Source: Carcharhinus amblyrhynchos (lineage: Eukaryota). Taken from it: a stretch of DNA of 64,000 nucleotides. Positions 36,357-48,439 of the stretch are shown piece after piece. The translations under genes and the position numbers were made by a program. Every line of letters starts with the position of its first letter. The first letter of the stretch is position 1. The notes beneath the pieces were generated by a model. That model was not told the origin of the DNA. It ran no database searches and was given only the letters and a program-made list of their open reading frames with translations. The stretch covers positions 66,650,001-66,714,000 of the forward strand of contig OZ336881.1 of NCBI GenBank assembly GCA_965287045.1, given 5' to 3'.

Positions 36357-37184
36357 CAGAACTTTCTGGACAGAGCGCGTTGCGATATTCTTTTCAATGT
36401 TTCCTCTTCGTTTATACTTTGGTTAATTGGACGGCTACTACCGATATTTGGCACGCCTCCATCATTAGCTTTGGTTTGGCAAAATTTTTATCTTCTTAAT
36501 CCTTAATGGATGGCTGCGGCATGGACTGGCGATTTTTCTCTTCTTCCACAGGATTTTCAGCAATTCTTTTTTTGGGTGCTTGCAGTGTGGATCAACCACC
36601 TCATCACCAGTTTTGTTTGTGGTATTTTTAAAGTAGAGGCTTACAGTTTACGAAAGTACAAAACAAACAAGAGCGTTATTGGAAAGGTGTTTGCTCTATG
36701 GGCTGTTAGGATAGACTGCCCATTTGCCCATCCAAATGGCCAATGGCATCATCAATATGGCATGTGATTGGACCCTTAAAACGACCTTGTTCCAAATAGA
36801 AACAAGCATCAATACACAACGATGGGGATAAGGCAGGAAAGTGGAGTTGAGGATTATTATATTAGAGCAGTTATGACCTCACTGAATGGCGTAATAGACT
36901 CAATGGGCCAAATGGCCTACTTCCGCTCCTATGTTTATGGTCTCATGGTTGGCTTTTCAACATCTAGCAACTGACTTGGTCATAAGCGATCAAAGAGCTG
37001 AAAACCTGAATGTAATAGAGTGCTGCAGAGATAAACCAAAGAAATGAAAAATGTCTCCTAATGGTAGAAAATATAATTTCCTAGCCAACATTTTTATCTT
37101 CACTGTTAAAGGCAGTAAAACATGAAGGACGTGGTATGATCCCATTGGTTTAGGTCAGCCTCTCACCTGTGTAGCTAATCTTTA

Positions 37185-37725
37185 TGTGTCAACAGTGGCC
37201 CAGTTGCTGGCACTCTTGTCTGTGAGGCAGAAGCTCTTGGGTTCAAGTCCCAGTCCAGGTCTCGAACACAAAGACCTAGAGCATTACAGAGGGAGTGTTG
37301 CACTGTCAGACGCGCTAAACTATATTCATTTGTGGGACATGGACATTGCTGGCTGATCAGCATTTATTGCCCATCCCTAGTTGCCCCTGAGAATGTGGTG
37401 GTGAGCTGTCTTCTTGAATCGCTGTAGTCCACGTGCAGTCCACACTATTGTTTAGATTATATATTAAACTCTCAAATGGATATAAAAGATCCTATGACAG
37501 TATTTTGAAGAAGTTCTGGACAATATTTATCTCTCAATTATCACAAAAAACAGACTATCTGGTCTTTCTCACATTGCTGTTGTGGGAACTCGTTGCATAC
37601 AAATTTGCTGCCACATTTCCATTAAGTGACTACTCTCCCAAAGTACTTCATTGATTGTGAAATGCTTTTGGAAACCCTGATGTTGTGAAAGACATTATAT
37701 AAATGCAATCCCTTTTTATGTATTT
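37185..37725 (+). mobile_element. Deu-domain SINE (SacSINE1/AmnSINE-like) with L2-type tail, interrupted by a LINE tail at ~37325-37440
   Basis: tRNA-like head (GGGTTCAAGTCC), GAGGGAGTGTTGCACTGTCAG Deu-like segment, tail GTGAAAGACATTATATAAATGCAA. Another partial copy at ~24600-24855(-). Confidence 0.55.
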
Positions 37726-37764
37726 TAGGATGTCGAAGAGTAAATATTGGCACATTCTCACTAT

Positions 37765-37990
37765 AAGTCTCTCTCTTCGCCACAGTCCCGCATGGCCATA
37801 GGCTACTCTCCCCTTTGAGAGGCTGAGCTGACAGATGATGATTTAACCTGAGGATCACCACACCACACAGGCAAGGGACAAGGATGACAAGACAGGGCCT
37901 TCATGAATAACCTCAGTCGGAACAGGAACTGAACCCGCACTGTTTGTATTGCTTCACATCACAAACCAGCCATTCAGCAAACTGAGCTAA
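37765..37990 (-). mobile_element. A further tRNA-derived SINE family
   Basis: Minus strand begins TTAGCTCAGTTTG (A box) and contains GGGTTCAGTTCC (B-box-like). Body unrelated to the HE1-type SINEs. Confidence 0.55.
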
Positions 37991-38962
37991 AGAACCTCAT
38001 GATTATAAGTACAATTGTAATCAAGCTCATTCCTGTCCTCATCTAGTATTCACTTTGAATATTGAATGATTGGAGTCACTGTACAGTAAACCCAGGGCTC
38101 CAAATGCCTATTGTAGTAGCCCATCAATGCCTTACTTAAGAGCAATGAGAATAAACCTTCCTAGTCTCTACTGCCACCCTTAGTATTTGTAACACAAGAT
38201 GTTCTAATACTTCCCTTTCACCTGGGACCTTGCCTTGGATCTAGTCCAGGTTCATTGGATGTCTACCTGACTACTGCAAGATAAGTGAAACATACTATTT
38301 TCATTGCAGGGGGCAAATAACATCAGCACAAAGTTAACTTTAAATTGGCAAAAAAAGACCTGGGAATAGTGAAAATGCTGCTGGGTTAACAATCTAAACC
38401 ATTGGATTTATGATCCTGGTAGATAGGTTCAAATCCCACTACAGCAGCTGGGAAATTTAAATTCAAATAATGAAAGGAAATACGGACTTTGAAAAATTGG
38501 CATCAGTAATTGTGACCATGAAATGATTGGATTGTCACAAACTCATGTGTGTCAGTAGCTTTAAGGGAAGGAAGCCTGGGTCTGTATGTGGCTCCAGACT
38601 TGCACCAATGCGGTTGACTCTGAAAAGGCCTAGCAAGCCACAAAGTTGTAAATAAGAAGGCAGCTCACTGTCAATAATAGAGACGATGTAAGAATTGGAA
38701 GGTCATGCTGACGCTTTCTTTAGAGAGCAGTCTTCTCAGCCTGGGGCACTGACACATTGTTCAAGCGCACCAGAGGCAGTTTGACACTGTTAGCCTCAAA
38801 CAATATTTGGCTGGAAGCCACCTTTCTACTTGAAAGAAAAGTTAAAATGTACAATTGCGCTGAATTCTCTCATCTTTTACAAGGGGAAGTGCATCCCATC
38901 TCTGTCTCTCGCTCTCGTCTTATTTATTTAATTTATTCAGAAAAGGTTGGAAGGATACTTAC

Positions 38963-39037
38963 AGAATGAAATTGGAGGCAGTTGAGTGGATGTGTGTCAG
39001 GTCAGGAAAGAATCCTATTCCAGTATTACAAATGCTC
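38963..39037 (-). CDS. LHCGR: LH/CG receptor exon 5 (LRR), 75 bp
   Basis: TAG acceptor, GTAAGT donor. SICNTGIGFFPDLTHIHSTASNFI(L); human [25 protein letters not shown]. Confidence 0.93.
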
Positions 39038-42000
39038 CTAGTTTAAGAGAATAATTATGAATTGATATTCACGTCAGTATTTAGGGGAATTAAAAAAACA
39101 CTCATCAACAAACATATTACATTAAAATGATTTAATGTTAACTTACATGTGGCCTTAAAAAAAATCACAGAAATACAAGTCTACAAAAATATAAAAGAGA
39201 AGATACATGTAATGGGAAGTACTTGTGATAGAATTCCCAAATTAAAACAATAGCAAACATTGTTTAAAATCCCCTCTAAATTCCCATATTTAGTGTTACT
39301 TGGCTTTTATTTTGATGACTCATGTCTTCAGGTTCCTATAAGGGAATGAATAAGGTGGCACGTCTGTGTGGAGTTTGCACTTTTTCCCTGTGTCTGCGTG
39401 GATTTCTTCCGGGTGCTCCGATTTCCTTCCACAGTCCAAAGATATGCAGTTAGGTGGATTGGCCATACTAAATTGTCTTTTACTGTCAGGGGGATTATCA
39501 GGGTAAATGGGGTTATGGGAATAGGATCTGTGTGGGATTGTGGTTGGTGCAGACTAGATGGGCTGAATGGCCTCTTTCTGTCTGCACTGTAGGGATTCTA
39601 TGAATTCTAATCAGTCACAATCAAATCAATAGGAAATTTTGAACTTTATTTTGGAACAAGAAAAAATGTAGAATACTAGACATGGATCCTAATTTTCTTT
39701 GAAATAGCTTGTCACGAGAGCACATCTCATATTACTGCAAATTAAAACATTCTTATATCAGAGCCTAAAAGTAAAGTTTGTTTATTAGTCACAAGTAAGG
39801 CTTACATTAACACTGCAATGAAGTCACCACACTCCGGCGCCTGTTCAATGCACCTAACCAGCACTTCTTTCAGAACGTGGGAGGAAACTGGAGCATCCAG
39901 AGGAAACTCACACAGAGAACGTGCAAACTCCACACAGACAGTGACCCAAGCCAGGAGTCGAACTTGGGTCCCTGACACTAAGACGCAGCAGTGCTAACCA
40001 CTGTGCTACTGTGCCAGTCCACCCCTCCTATAATTTAGTACTCTTTTACATCAGACATCTATGATCACGATACTCAGTATTCTTTATTACATGCCGTGCC
40101 TCATCATAATACAGGATAGTTAATACTCGTGCAAAAAGTCATGTGTTAATTAGGACACCTGTGTGGAGCTATAAAAGACAAATCATGACTGACTAATTTA
40201 TTGGGGTAGCACGGTGGCTCAGTGGTGCCTCACTGCTGCCTCACAGCACCAGGGACCTGGGTTTGATTCCTGGTTTGGATCACTGTCTGTGCGACTTCTG
40301 CATGTTCTCCCCATGTCTGTGTGGGTTTCCTCAGGTTTCCTCCCACAGTCCGAAAGATGTGCTGATTAGGTGCATTGGCCATGCTATATTCTCCCTCAGT
40401 GTACCCGAATAGGCGCCGGAGTGTGGCGACTCAGGAATTTTCACAGTAACATCATTGCAATGTTAATGTAAGCCTGCTTGTTACTCTACTGAATAAACTT
40501 GTTTTAATGAAATAACTAAATAAATAGATCTTGTGCATATGAATTTGCAAAAAACATCATATAAGGTGTGAAATAAGAGAAATGCTGGCAATATTAAGGT
40601 GCCTACAATTAAAAGAAGTGTGAAGGCATGGATAGGAAATTGGTTATGGGTGAAAAATAAAGTGGTGGTTAAACAACAACAACTTGCATTTATATAGCAC
40701 TTTGAAAGTAATGAGATGTTCCAAAGTATTACACAGGAGCATTAGAAAACAAAATTTGGCATCCAGCCACATGACAAAATCATAGAATACCTATAGTACA
40801 GAAGGAGGCCATTCAGTCAATCAAGTCTGTATAGACAACGTTCCCACCCAGACCTTATCCCCATAACCCCATGTATTTACCCTGCTAATCGCCCTGATAC
40901 TAAGAGGCAATTTAGCATGGCCAGTCAACCTAACCGGCACATCTTTGGACTGTGGGAGGAAACTGACACACCCAGAGGAAACCCATGCAGACACGGGGAG
41001 AACAGTCAGTCACCCAAGGCTGGAGTTGAACCCAGGTTCCTGGCGTTGTGAGATGGCAGTGCTAATCACTTTGCCACTGTGCCGCTGTAAAATTTTACAT
41101 GAAATGGCCAAATGCTTAGTCACAAGAAGTAGACTCCATCAACCACCCTAAAGGAGGAATTAAGAAGGGGGAGAGGGGTTGGGTCTCGGTGAGATGCTCT
41201 TCAGAGCGTTGGAACAGATTTGATGGGCTGAATGACCCTCTGCACTGTGGGGATGCTATAGTTCTATGATAAATATCAAAAAAAGGGAATTAGGGAAATC
41301 ATGGGAGGGATTCTCTGGCCTCCCCGTGGCATTTTTCTTGATGCTGGGAGGTGGTGCACGGTTGGCCCTTGGCGGGATCTTCTGATCCCATAGCTATCAA
41401 TGGGATTGCCCATTGATTCCATCCCACACCACCGGGGAATACACGGCAGGGGTGCACCGTTGGTGAGGCCAGAAGATGCCGCCAGCATGAAGAGCGGAAG
41501 ATTGCGCCCTATAGGTTTGTCAGAGGCAGTATGGACACAATGGGCTGAATGGTGGTCCCACTCTGTGCTGTAATATTGCATTACTTTATGCAACGTGAAA
41601 CTGTACATTTTTCTCAGAAGGCTGAACATAAAAAGTGAATTAAAATGCAAATACCAGATGGTCAGATGATAAGTTAGTTAATTTTGGCTATCAGTGTTTT
41701 TTTGTTCAAAAGAAGCCAAGGTGAAGGTCCATGCAAAGGAACATGATCAAGGTTGGATGGAAGTGAAGAAAGATGAATTGAGACATTGCACATAATTAGT
41801 TGTCGAATAGTCCTGGGTTTTGAATGCTTGAGACTGACTGAATAACAGGAATTGTTCCGTTGTTTTGGGAAAATATTCCTGGGCAATGTTAATAAAATGC
41901 TGATTAGCTTATTTCTTCTAGGACATTCTCAATGTCTTGAGTGGACTTATGTCTATAGGCTTTTTTCGTATGCCTCAAGCATGCAGGGATGTGTCTAAAA

Positions 42001-42912
42001 AATTATATAAATACAAGATTCATCCAGCTATCCTTGTGCTTATTCAATTCCTAATGGAAAACGGAGTTACGTTACAAGCTGGTAAACTAACACTTTTCTC
42101 CATAGTAGCTGGGGGAGGAAAACTCCATACTCTTAAAGGGAGCAATATTGGGACCTATAAATGGAGTAGAAAGAGTAGATTTATAACACTATTACCTGAA
42201 ATCTCAATTACAGAACAGAAGGGTTTAAAACAATACAAGGCAATTTTGATGCTAGATCAGTTCTTTATGCAAAAAAAATAGAATTGCCTTCTGGATTTAT
42301 TATTGTAGAGAAAATCTCTGGCATTGTTCAAGTGGCATAGATTCATAGAGCCCCTACAGAAGCAAGCCATTCAGCCCATCGAGTCTGCACTGACTCTCTG
42401 ACAGAGCATACTACCAAGATCTCTATCCCTGTAACTTCAAACGTTTACCCCACTAATCCCCCTAAACTACACATTTGGGGACTTAAGCGGACACTTTTCC
42501 TATCCTGCCTGCCATGGAAATCATAGTGGGGGAGGGGAGGTAGATTGTGCAAAGATCTGTTGATCTCGGATGAGATTTTCAGGTTTTGGGGCGAGCGCAA
42601 TTTAGTATGGCCAATCAACCTAACCTGCACATATTTCGATTATGTGAGGAAACCAGAACACCCGGATGATATCCAAGCAGACACAGGGAGAACGTGCAAA
42701 GCCCACATTGACAGTGACCTAAGGCTGGAATTGAACCGGAATTCCTGGTACTGTGAGGCAGCAGTGCTAACCGCCGCGCTGGCACATATTTTCTGACGGG
42801 CTGACTTATTTGTCTGAGGGGATCTGGTGGATCTTCCTGATTTCCTGAAGGTACAGTAAGAAGTCTCACAACACCAGGTTAAAGTCCAATAGGTTTATTT
42901 GGTAGCAAAAGC

Positions 42913-42947
42913 TACTAGCTTTCGGAGCGCTGCCCCTTCATCAGGTG
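42913..42947 (-). ncRNA. Minimal type I hammerhead ribozyme motif (PLE family 1)
   Basis: cac-CUGAUGA-a-ggggc-agc-gcucc-GAAA-GC-UA-gua. Confidence 0.7.
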
Positions 42948-44398
42948 AGTGGGAGTTCTTTTCACAAACAGGGCACATAAAGACACAAACTCAATTTACA
43001 AAATGATGGTTGGAATCTGAGTCTTTACAGGTAATCAAGTCTTTAAGGTACAGACAGTGTGAGTGGAGAGAGGGTTAAGCACAGGTTAAAGAAATGTGTA
43101 TTGTCTCCAGACAGGACAGTTAGTGAGATTTTGCAAGCCTAGGCAAGTCGTGGGGGTTACAGATAGCGTGACATGAACCCAAGATCCCGGTTGAGGCCGT
43201 CCTCATATGTGCAGAATTTGGCTATCAGTCTCTGCTCAGCGACTCTGCGCTGTTGTGTGTTGTGAAGGCCACCCTGGAGAACACTTACCCGAAGATCAGA
43301 GGCTGAATGCTTGTGACCACTGAAGTGTTCCCCAACAGGAAGAGAACAGTCTTGCCTGGTGATTATCGAACGGTGTTCGTTCATCCGTTGTCGTAGTGTC
43401 TGCATTGTCTCCCCAGTGTACCATGCCTCAGGACATCCTTTCCTGCAGCGTATCAGGTAGACAACGTCGGCCGAGTTGCAAGTGTATGTACTGTGTACCT
43501 GGTGGATGGTCTCATTTGAGATGATGGCATTCATGTTGATATCCGGCATGTCTTGCAGAGATTACAGTGGCAGGGTTGTGTGGTGTCATGGTCACTGTTC
43601 TCCTGAAGGCTGGGTAGTTTGCTGCGGACAATGTTTGAGGTTATGTGGTTTGAGGTTATGTGGTTGCTTGAAGGCAAGAAGTGGGGGTGTGGGGATGGCC
43701 TTGGCGAGATGTTCATCAATGACATGTTGAAGGCTCAACGGAGCCTTCAGGGCAACAGTAACTATGACACCACACAACCCTCCCATAGCAACCTCTGCAG
43801 GACGTGCCGGATCATCAACATGGATGCCATCATCTCACGTGGGAACACCATTCAATAGGTACACGGCATATACTCTTGCAACTCGGCCAACGTTGTCTAC
43901 TTAATATGCTGCAGGAAAGGATGTCCTGAAGCATGGTACATTGGGGAGGCCATGCAGACGCTACGACAACAGATGAATGAACTCTGCTCGACAATCATCA
44001 GGCAAGAGTGTTTTCTTCCTGTTGGGGAACACTTCAGCAGTCATGGGCATTCAGCCTCTGATCTTTGGGCAAGGCGGCCTTCACAACACACGACAACACA
44101 GAATCGCTGAGCAGAGACTGACAGCCAAGTTCTGCATATGTGAGCACGCCCTCAACCGAGATCTTGGGTTCATGTTACACTATCTGCAACCCCCACGACT
44201 GCCTGGGCTTGCAAAATCTCACTAACTGTCCTGTCTGGAGACAATACACATCTCTTTAACCTATGCTAAACGCTCTCTCCACTCACATTGTCTGTACCTT
44301 TAAGACTTGATTACCTGTAAAGGCTCGCATTTCAAACCATTATTTTGTAAATTGAGTTTGTGTCTTCATATGCCCTGTTTGTGAATAGAACTCCCACT

Positions 44399-44433
44399 CA
44401 CCTGATGAAGAAACAGCGCTCTGAAAGCTAGTG
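44399..44433 (+). ncRNA. Minimal hammerhead motif (PLE family 1), weakened stem II
   Basis: cac-CUGAUGA-agaaacagcgcucu-GAAA-GC-UA-gug. Confidence 0.55.
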
Positions 44434-44974
44434 GCTTTTGCTACCAAATAAACCTGCTGGACTTTAACTGGGCGTTGTGAGACTTCTTACTGTGTTTACC
44501 CCAGTCCAATGCCAGCATCTCCACATCATTCCTGAAGGTACAGCAGGAAATCTGCAAAATTCCTAGGCCAGTGATATGAAGGGCCATTTTCAGGAGTTGC
44601 ACTGCTCCCGTGGAGGGTCAGTTAATCTTGTGTTTCCATTACATCAAGAGGGAGGCCTACTTAACCTGCAAAATGTCAGGACCCCTGTTTCTGAGGGGAT
44701 TTTCACAGTAACTTCATTGCAGTGTTGATGCAAGCCTCCTTGTGACACTAATAAATAAACTTTTTTTAAACTCCTGTAGAATGAAGAGATGGATAAGCCA
44801 AATGGCCTCCCCTAACTCCATTTACATTTGATGTCTTTGTGAAGCAGCACATAAACAAAAGTGAACATTAAATAAAACGTTTAATACTATGTGAACCACA
44901 AATGGTGCATCAAATACAAACAGCAATATAGGAAACATGCTTCTCAGAATCGAATGCAAATGAGGTTCTCTCAC

Positions 44975-45049
44975 AAGTATCTTAGGCGTGGTAGATTTCT
45001 GAAAGCTTCGTGATCAATTTTCACCAGGTGCTTTGTATTCTGAATTGAG
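44975..45049 (-). CDS. LHCGR: LH/CG receptor exon 4 (LRR), 75 bp
   Basis: Pyrimidine tract + CAG acceptor, GTGAG donor. SIQNTKHLVKIDHEAFRNLPRLRY(L). IQNTK is LHCGR-type (FSHR has IEKAN). Confidence 0.93.
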
Positions 45050-46734
45050 CTGGATGGAGGAAAGTGAGATGTATTAGAATTCATGGGTCAGTAATGGATG
45101 TATGGAGCATAATATGAAGGTAACATGTAAGAACGTAAGATTAATTAATGGCTTCGCTATGCAATTTTTGTTTGAAAATATAGCTAACATGACCAAAAAT
45201 ATGCAGAAGATCCTGAATGTTTCTCCCTCACTCTGCTGCAAGTATTAACTTTTTGCTGGGCCATCGTTTTACAGGCCTCTAATACCTCACTGTCCATCCA
45301 CGTTTCCTTTGTAAGCTTGAGGATCAGCCCGGCCTTACCTGGTCTCACTCAATGTGGAGGCGGTGATAAGTGTTGGTATTGTAATCCAGAGGTCCAGATC
45401 ATGCTCTGGGGATCCGGATTTGAATCACACACCATGGGCTGGATTCTCCAGCCACGCTCGCCCCAAAACCGGAAAACTCTGCCTGAGATCAATGGACCTT
45501 TGCATAGTCCGTGTCCTGCCCGCTACGATTCCCGTGGTGGGCGGGATGGGAAAATTCCACCCCACGATAGATTGTGGAACTTGAATTCGATAAAAATATG
45601 GCATTAAACTTCTAAATGGGACCATGAAACTATCTGGCTTACTGACGTCCTTTGGGGAAGGAAATCTGCTTCCTTAACTGGTCTGGCCTTCATGTGGCTT
45701 GAGACGTACAACAATCTGGGTAACTCTTAAATGGCCGAGGGATGGGCAATAATGCTGACCTTGCCATGAAAGAATTTTTAAAAAAATGTCCACACATGCA
45801 CAGTCTGCAGCAGAGATTAGTGAATAGCAATCAAGTGGGGAAGCCCAGGCTTATATTATCCCATTGTTATCTGAAACATTGGAGGGCTTTGCTCATTCTC
45901 TCAATAGCCAACATACAGGCCATCTATTTTGTTCGAATCACTCCAGGTTCCAAAACTCTTAGTAGGTAATTCTGATCTTCACTGACCCTGTGTGTGTCCA
46001 GAGATCTTCCAGAGAGAATTTAATGGATGTTGCAAGGCTGCAAGCATGTATATTAATGCAAATATTCAAGGAGCCAAAATTCCTTGGGGTTGTTTTGGTT
46101 GCCTGTGGGAGACCAGCAGAAAATCATGGAGACCCAGTTTTGTCTGATCTCTACCACTTCTTGGAGTCCCTTCACTGTAAAAAAATGGAGACACCAGTTG
46201 ACCCTTTACAGGGCAAAATGATACCGAGGCGATAAAGCCAGGGAAGAGGAATCTATGCCAAAAGTTCCTGCTTCATTGTTTCACTCTGTACCTTTCCATG
46301 TAGGCTGGAGTGCCCAGTGCACTGATCCCGCTGTGGTGAACCATAGCAGTGTTCACAGGAGGGGATGTGCTCTGGGTTAGAAAACCATCTTGAAACACTG
46401 AAGTTATCCTTTTAAAATTTCATGCTTCCCTTCACTGATTGAAGGGAAGGCACTGGAGTTCACAATTGTATAGCATAAACCGTAGAATCTCTAAAGTGCA
46501 GAAGGAAGCTGTTTGGCACACCGAGTTTGCACTCACTGTCTCACCCAGGCTCAACATCCCCCTATCCCCATCCCCACAACCTTGTCCATCGTGGCCAATC
46601 CACCCAACCCACACATTTTTGGACGCAAAGGGGAAATTTAGTCAATCCATGCACATCTCTGGACTGAGACATGAGAGTTGACCGCTGGAACACCCTATCC
46701 CAACACTCAGCTTCCCACTTTGTGGGATTTTTCT

Positions 46735-47370
46735 TCATGGAAAATACTCAAGAAGATCTGTATAAACTCAACTGGACTTGCCACATAAACACAGTGGCTA
46801 CATGAGAAGGTCAGAGGCTTGGAATACTGTGGCGAGTAACTCACCTCCTGACTTCCCAAAGCCTGTCCATCATCTACAATGCACAAGTCAGGAGTGTGAT
46901 GGAATACTCCCCACTTGCCTAGTTGAGTACACCTCCAACAACACTCAAGAAGCTTGACACCATCTGGGACAAAGCAGTCCCCTTTATTGGCACCACATCC
47001 ATAAACATCCACTCCCTCTACCATCAACACACAGTAGCAGCAGTTTGTACCGTTTACAAGATACACCAAAGATATACCAAAGATCCCTAGATGGCATCTT
47101 CCAAATACACAACCACTTACATCTAGAAGGAGAAGGGCAACAGATACATGGAAATACCACCACCTGCAAGTCCCCCTCCAAGCCCCACTCACTGTTCTGA
47201 CTTGGAAATACATCGCTGTTCCTTTGTAGTCACTGGGTCAAAATCCTGGAATTCGCCCCCCCCCCCCAACAGCATTGTGGGTCAACCCACAGCACGTGGA
47301 CTGCATTGTTTCAAGAAGGTAGCTCACCACTACCTTCTCAAGGGCAACTAGGGATGGGCAATAAATGCTC
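46735..47370 (+). mobile_element. LINE 3' portion (CR1/Zenon-like family B)
   Basis: CATCTACAATGCACAAGTCAGGAGTGTGATGGAATACTCC (IYNAQVRSVMEYS) and tail GGGATGGGCAATAAATGC. Tails of the same family at ~14205-14590(-), 25005-25150(-), 28230-28510(+), 37325-37440(-). Confidence 0.7.
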
Positions 47371-48439
47371 ATGTCCCACAACTGAATATAACCCACTGGG
47401 TCAATACTCTGAAACTCCCCAATTACAATGATGGGAGCACCATCAAAGTGATTGCAGCTGTCCAAGAAGTGGTTCGAGACAACCAGGGCTGGCCCATAAA
47501 TATGGAAATGTTAATGTAACCTGCATCCAGAAAACAAATCTTCACTGACTACAATAACAGTCTTTTCTGTCAGTAATCAGCATGCACTCCGCCACATGTT
47601 TCTAACTTACTCTCCTGAGACTCTCTGAAATAAACAGACTGAAACATCTTTCAATCTACTTAAACAGCTGAATTATCCTTTAGTTATGTCAGTTTACTGC
47701 CAAATGTTTTCCAACAAGCAGATAGAATCAGATTAGATTAAAAAGTCTTTGGGAGACAACCCATTTATTTAACCAGTGTGCTAAAAATACAATTCATGAT
47801 GTGATTGAGATTAGACTAAAATAACAATTTAAAAGCCCAAACTTGTTTTTAACCGTCTCGCAGAGCTTCCTTGGCAGTGGTCATGTTGGGTGGAATTTAA
47901 TGCCCTCCCTCCTGAGTTTGGAGGTGGGGGTGGGTTGGGAGGTATTTAATCCTCAGGGAAGTTGCCTGATGGTGACCTTGCTGCCTTCCATCTCTGCCCT
48001 ATTTAAGTCCGGGGTGAGAACTCATGGATGGACTTCCTGCCCTGATGCCAATCAAAGCCTTTAAGTGGGCAGGGCTTGTTGCTATGCGGGAAAGCTCAAA
48101 AGAAAACACTGTCATGTTGACTCTGGGGGTGGGGCTGGGGTTGGGGGGCAGAGGAGGAGGGGTTGTTGGGGGACTGGGGCGTTGGTGGCAGGATGGTGTG
48201 GAGGGGATGCTTCATTATCAGGCATTGAGTCACCGTGAGCCTAACTGAGGAAGCCAGCATCGGATAGGGAGGGGTTCATTGGAATTCAACACCAGCCATT
48301 TCTTCCAGCCTGGGCTCTCACCTCCCTCCTCATTCACTTGTGGATGGGGTTCCTTACTGATCCTGGGCTTCTGGGTGTGTGCATTGCCAGCAGCTACCAT
48401 CGTTCCCTTGGAGGCGCTGATGAGCTTCTGATGCTCTGA

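Larger units (their letters stand above)
33500..36815 (-). mobile_element. Degenerate Gypsy/Ty3 LTR retrotransposon with nested insertions
   Basis: RT: GSVRICGDFKITLN...YPLP...FSKVDLSQVYLQV...RLPFGITS (35527..35907) and KCEFFKPSIEYLGH (34745..34930). PBS-like TGGTGATGAGG at 36609-36599. Outer limits uncertain. Confidence 0.8.
42857..44528. mobile_element. Palindromic Penelope-like element insertion (GIY-YIG endonuclease + terminal repeat on both arms), 15-bp flanking direct repeat
   Basis: ORF 43157..43549 VVYLIRCRKGCPEAWYTGETMQTLRQRMNEH...GLN is a GIY-YIG domain. Inverted copy at 43741-44528. TTCCTGAAGGTACAG at 42842-42856 and 44529-44543. Confidence 0.9.

Noticed and set aside
46300-46360. 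AGGCTGGAGTGC resemblance to antisense 7SL/Alu
   Set aside because: The match is only about 12 nt and does not extend colinearly.
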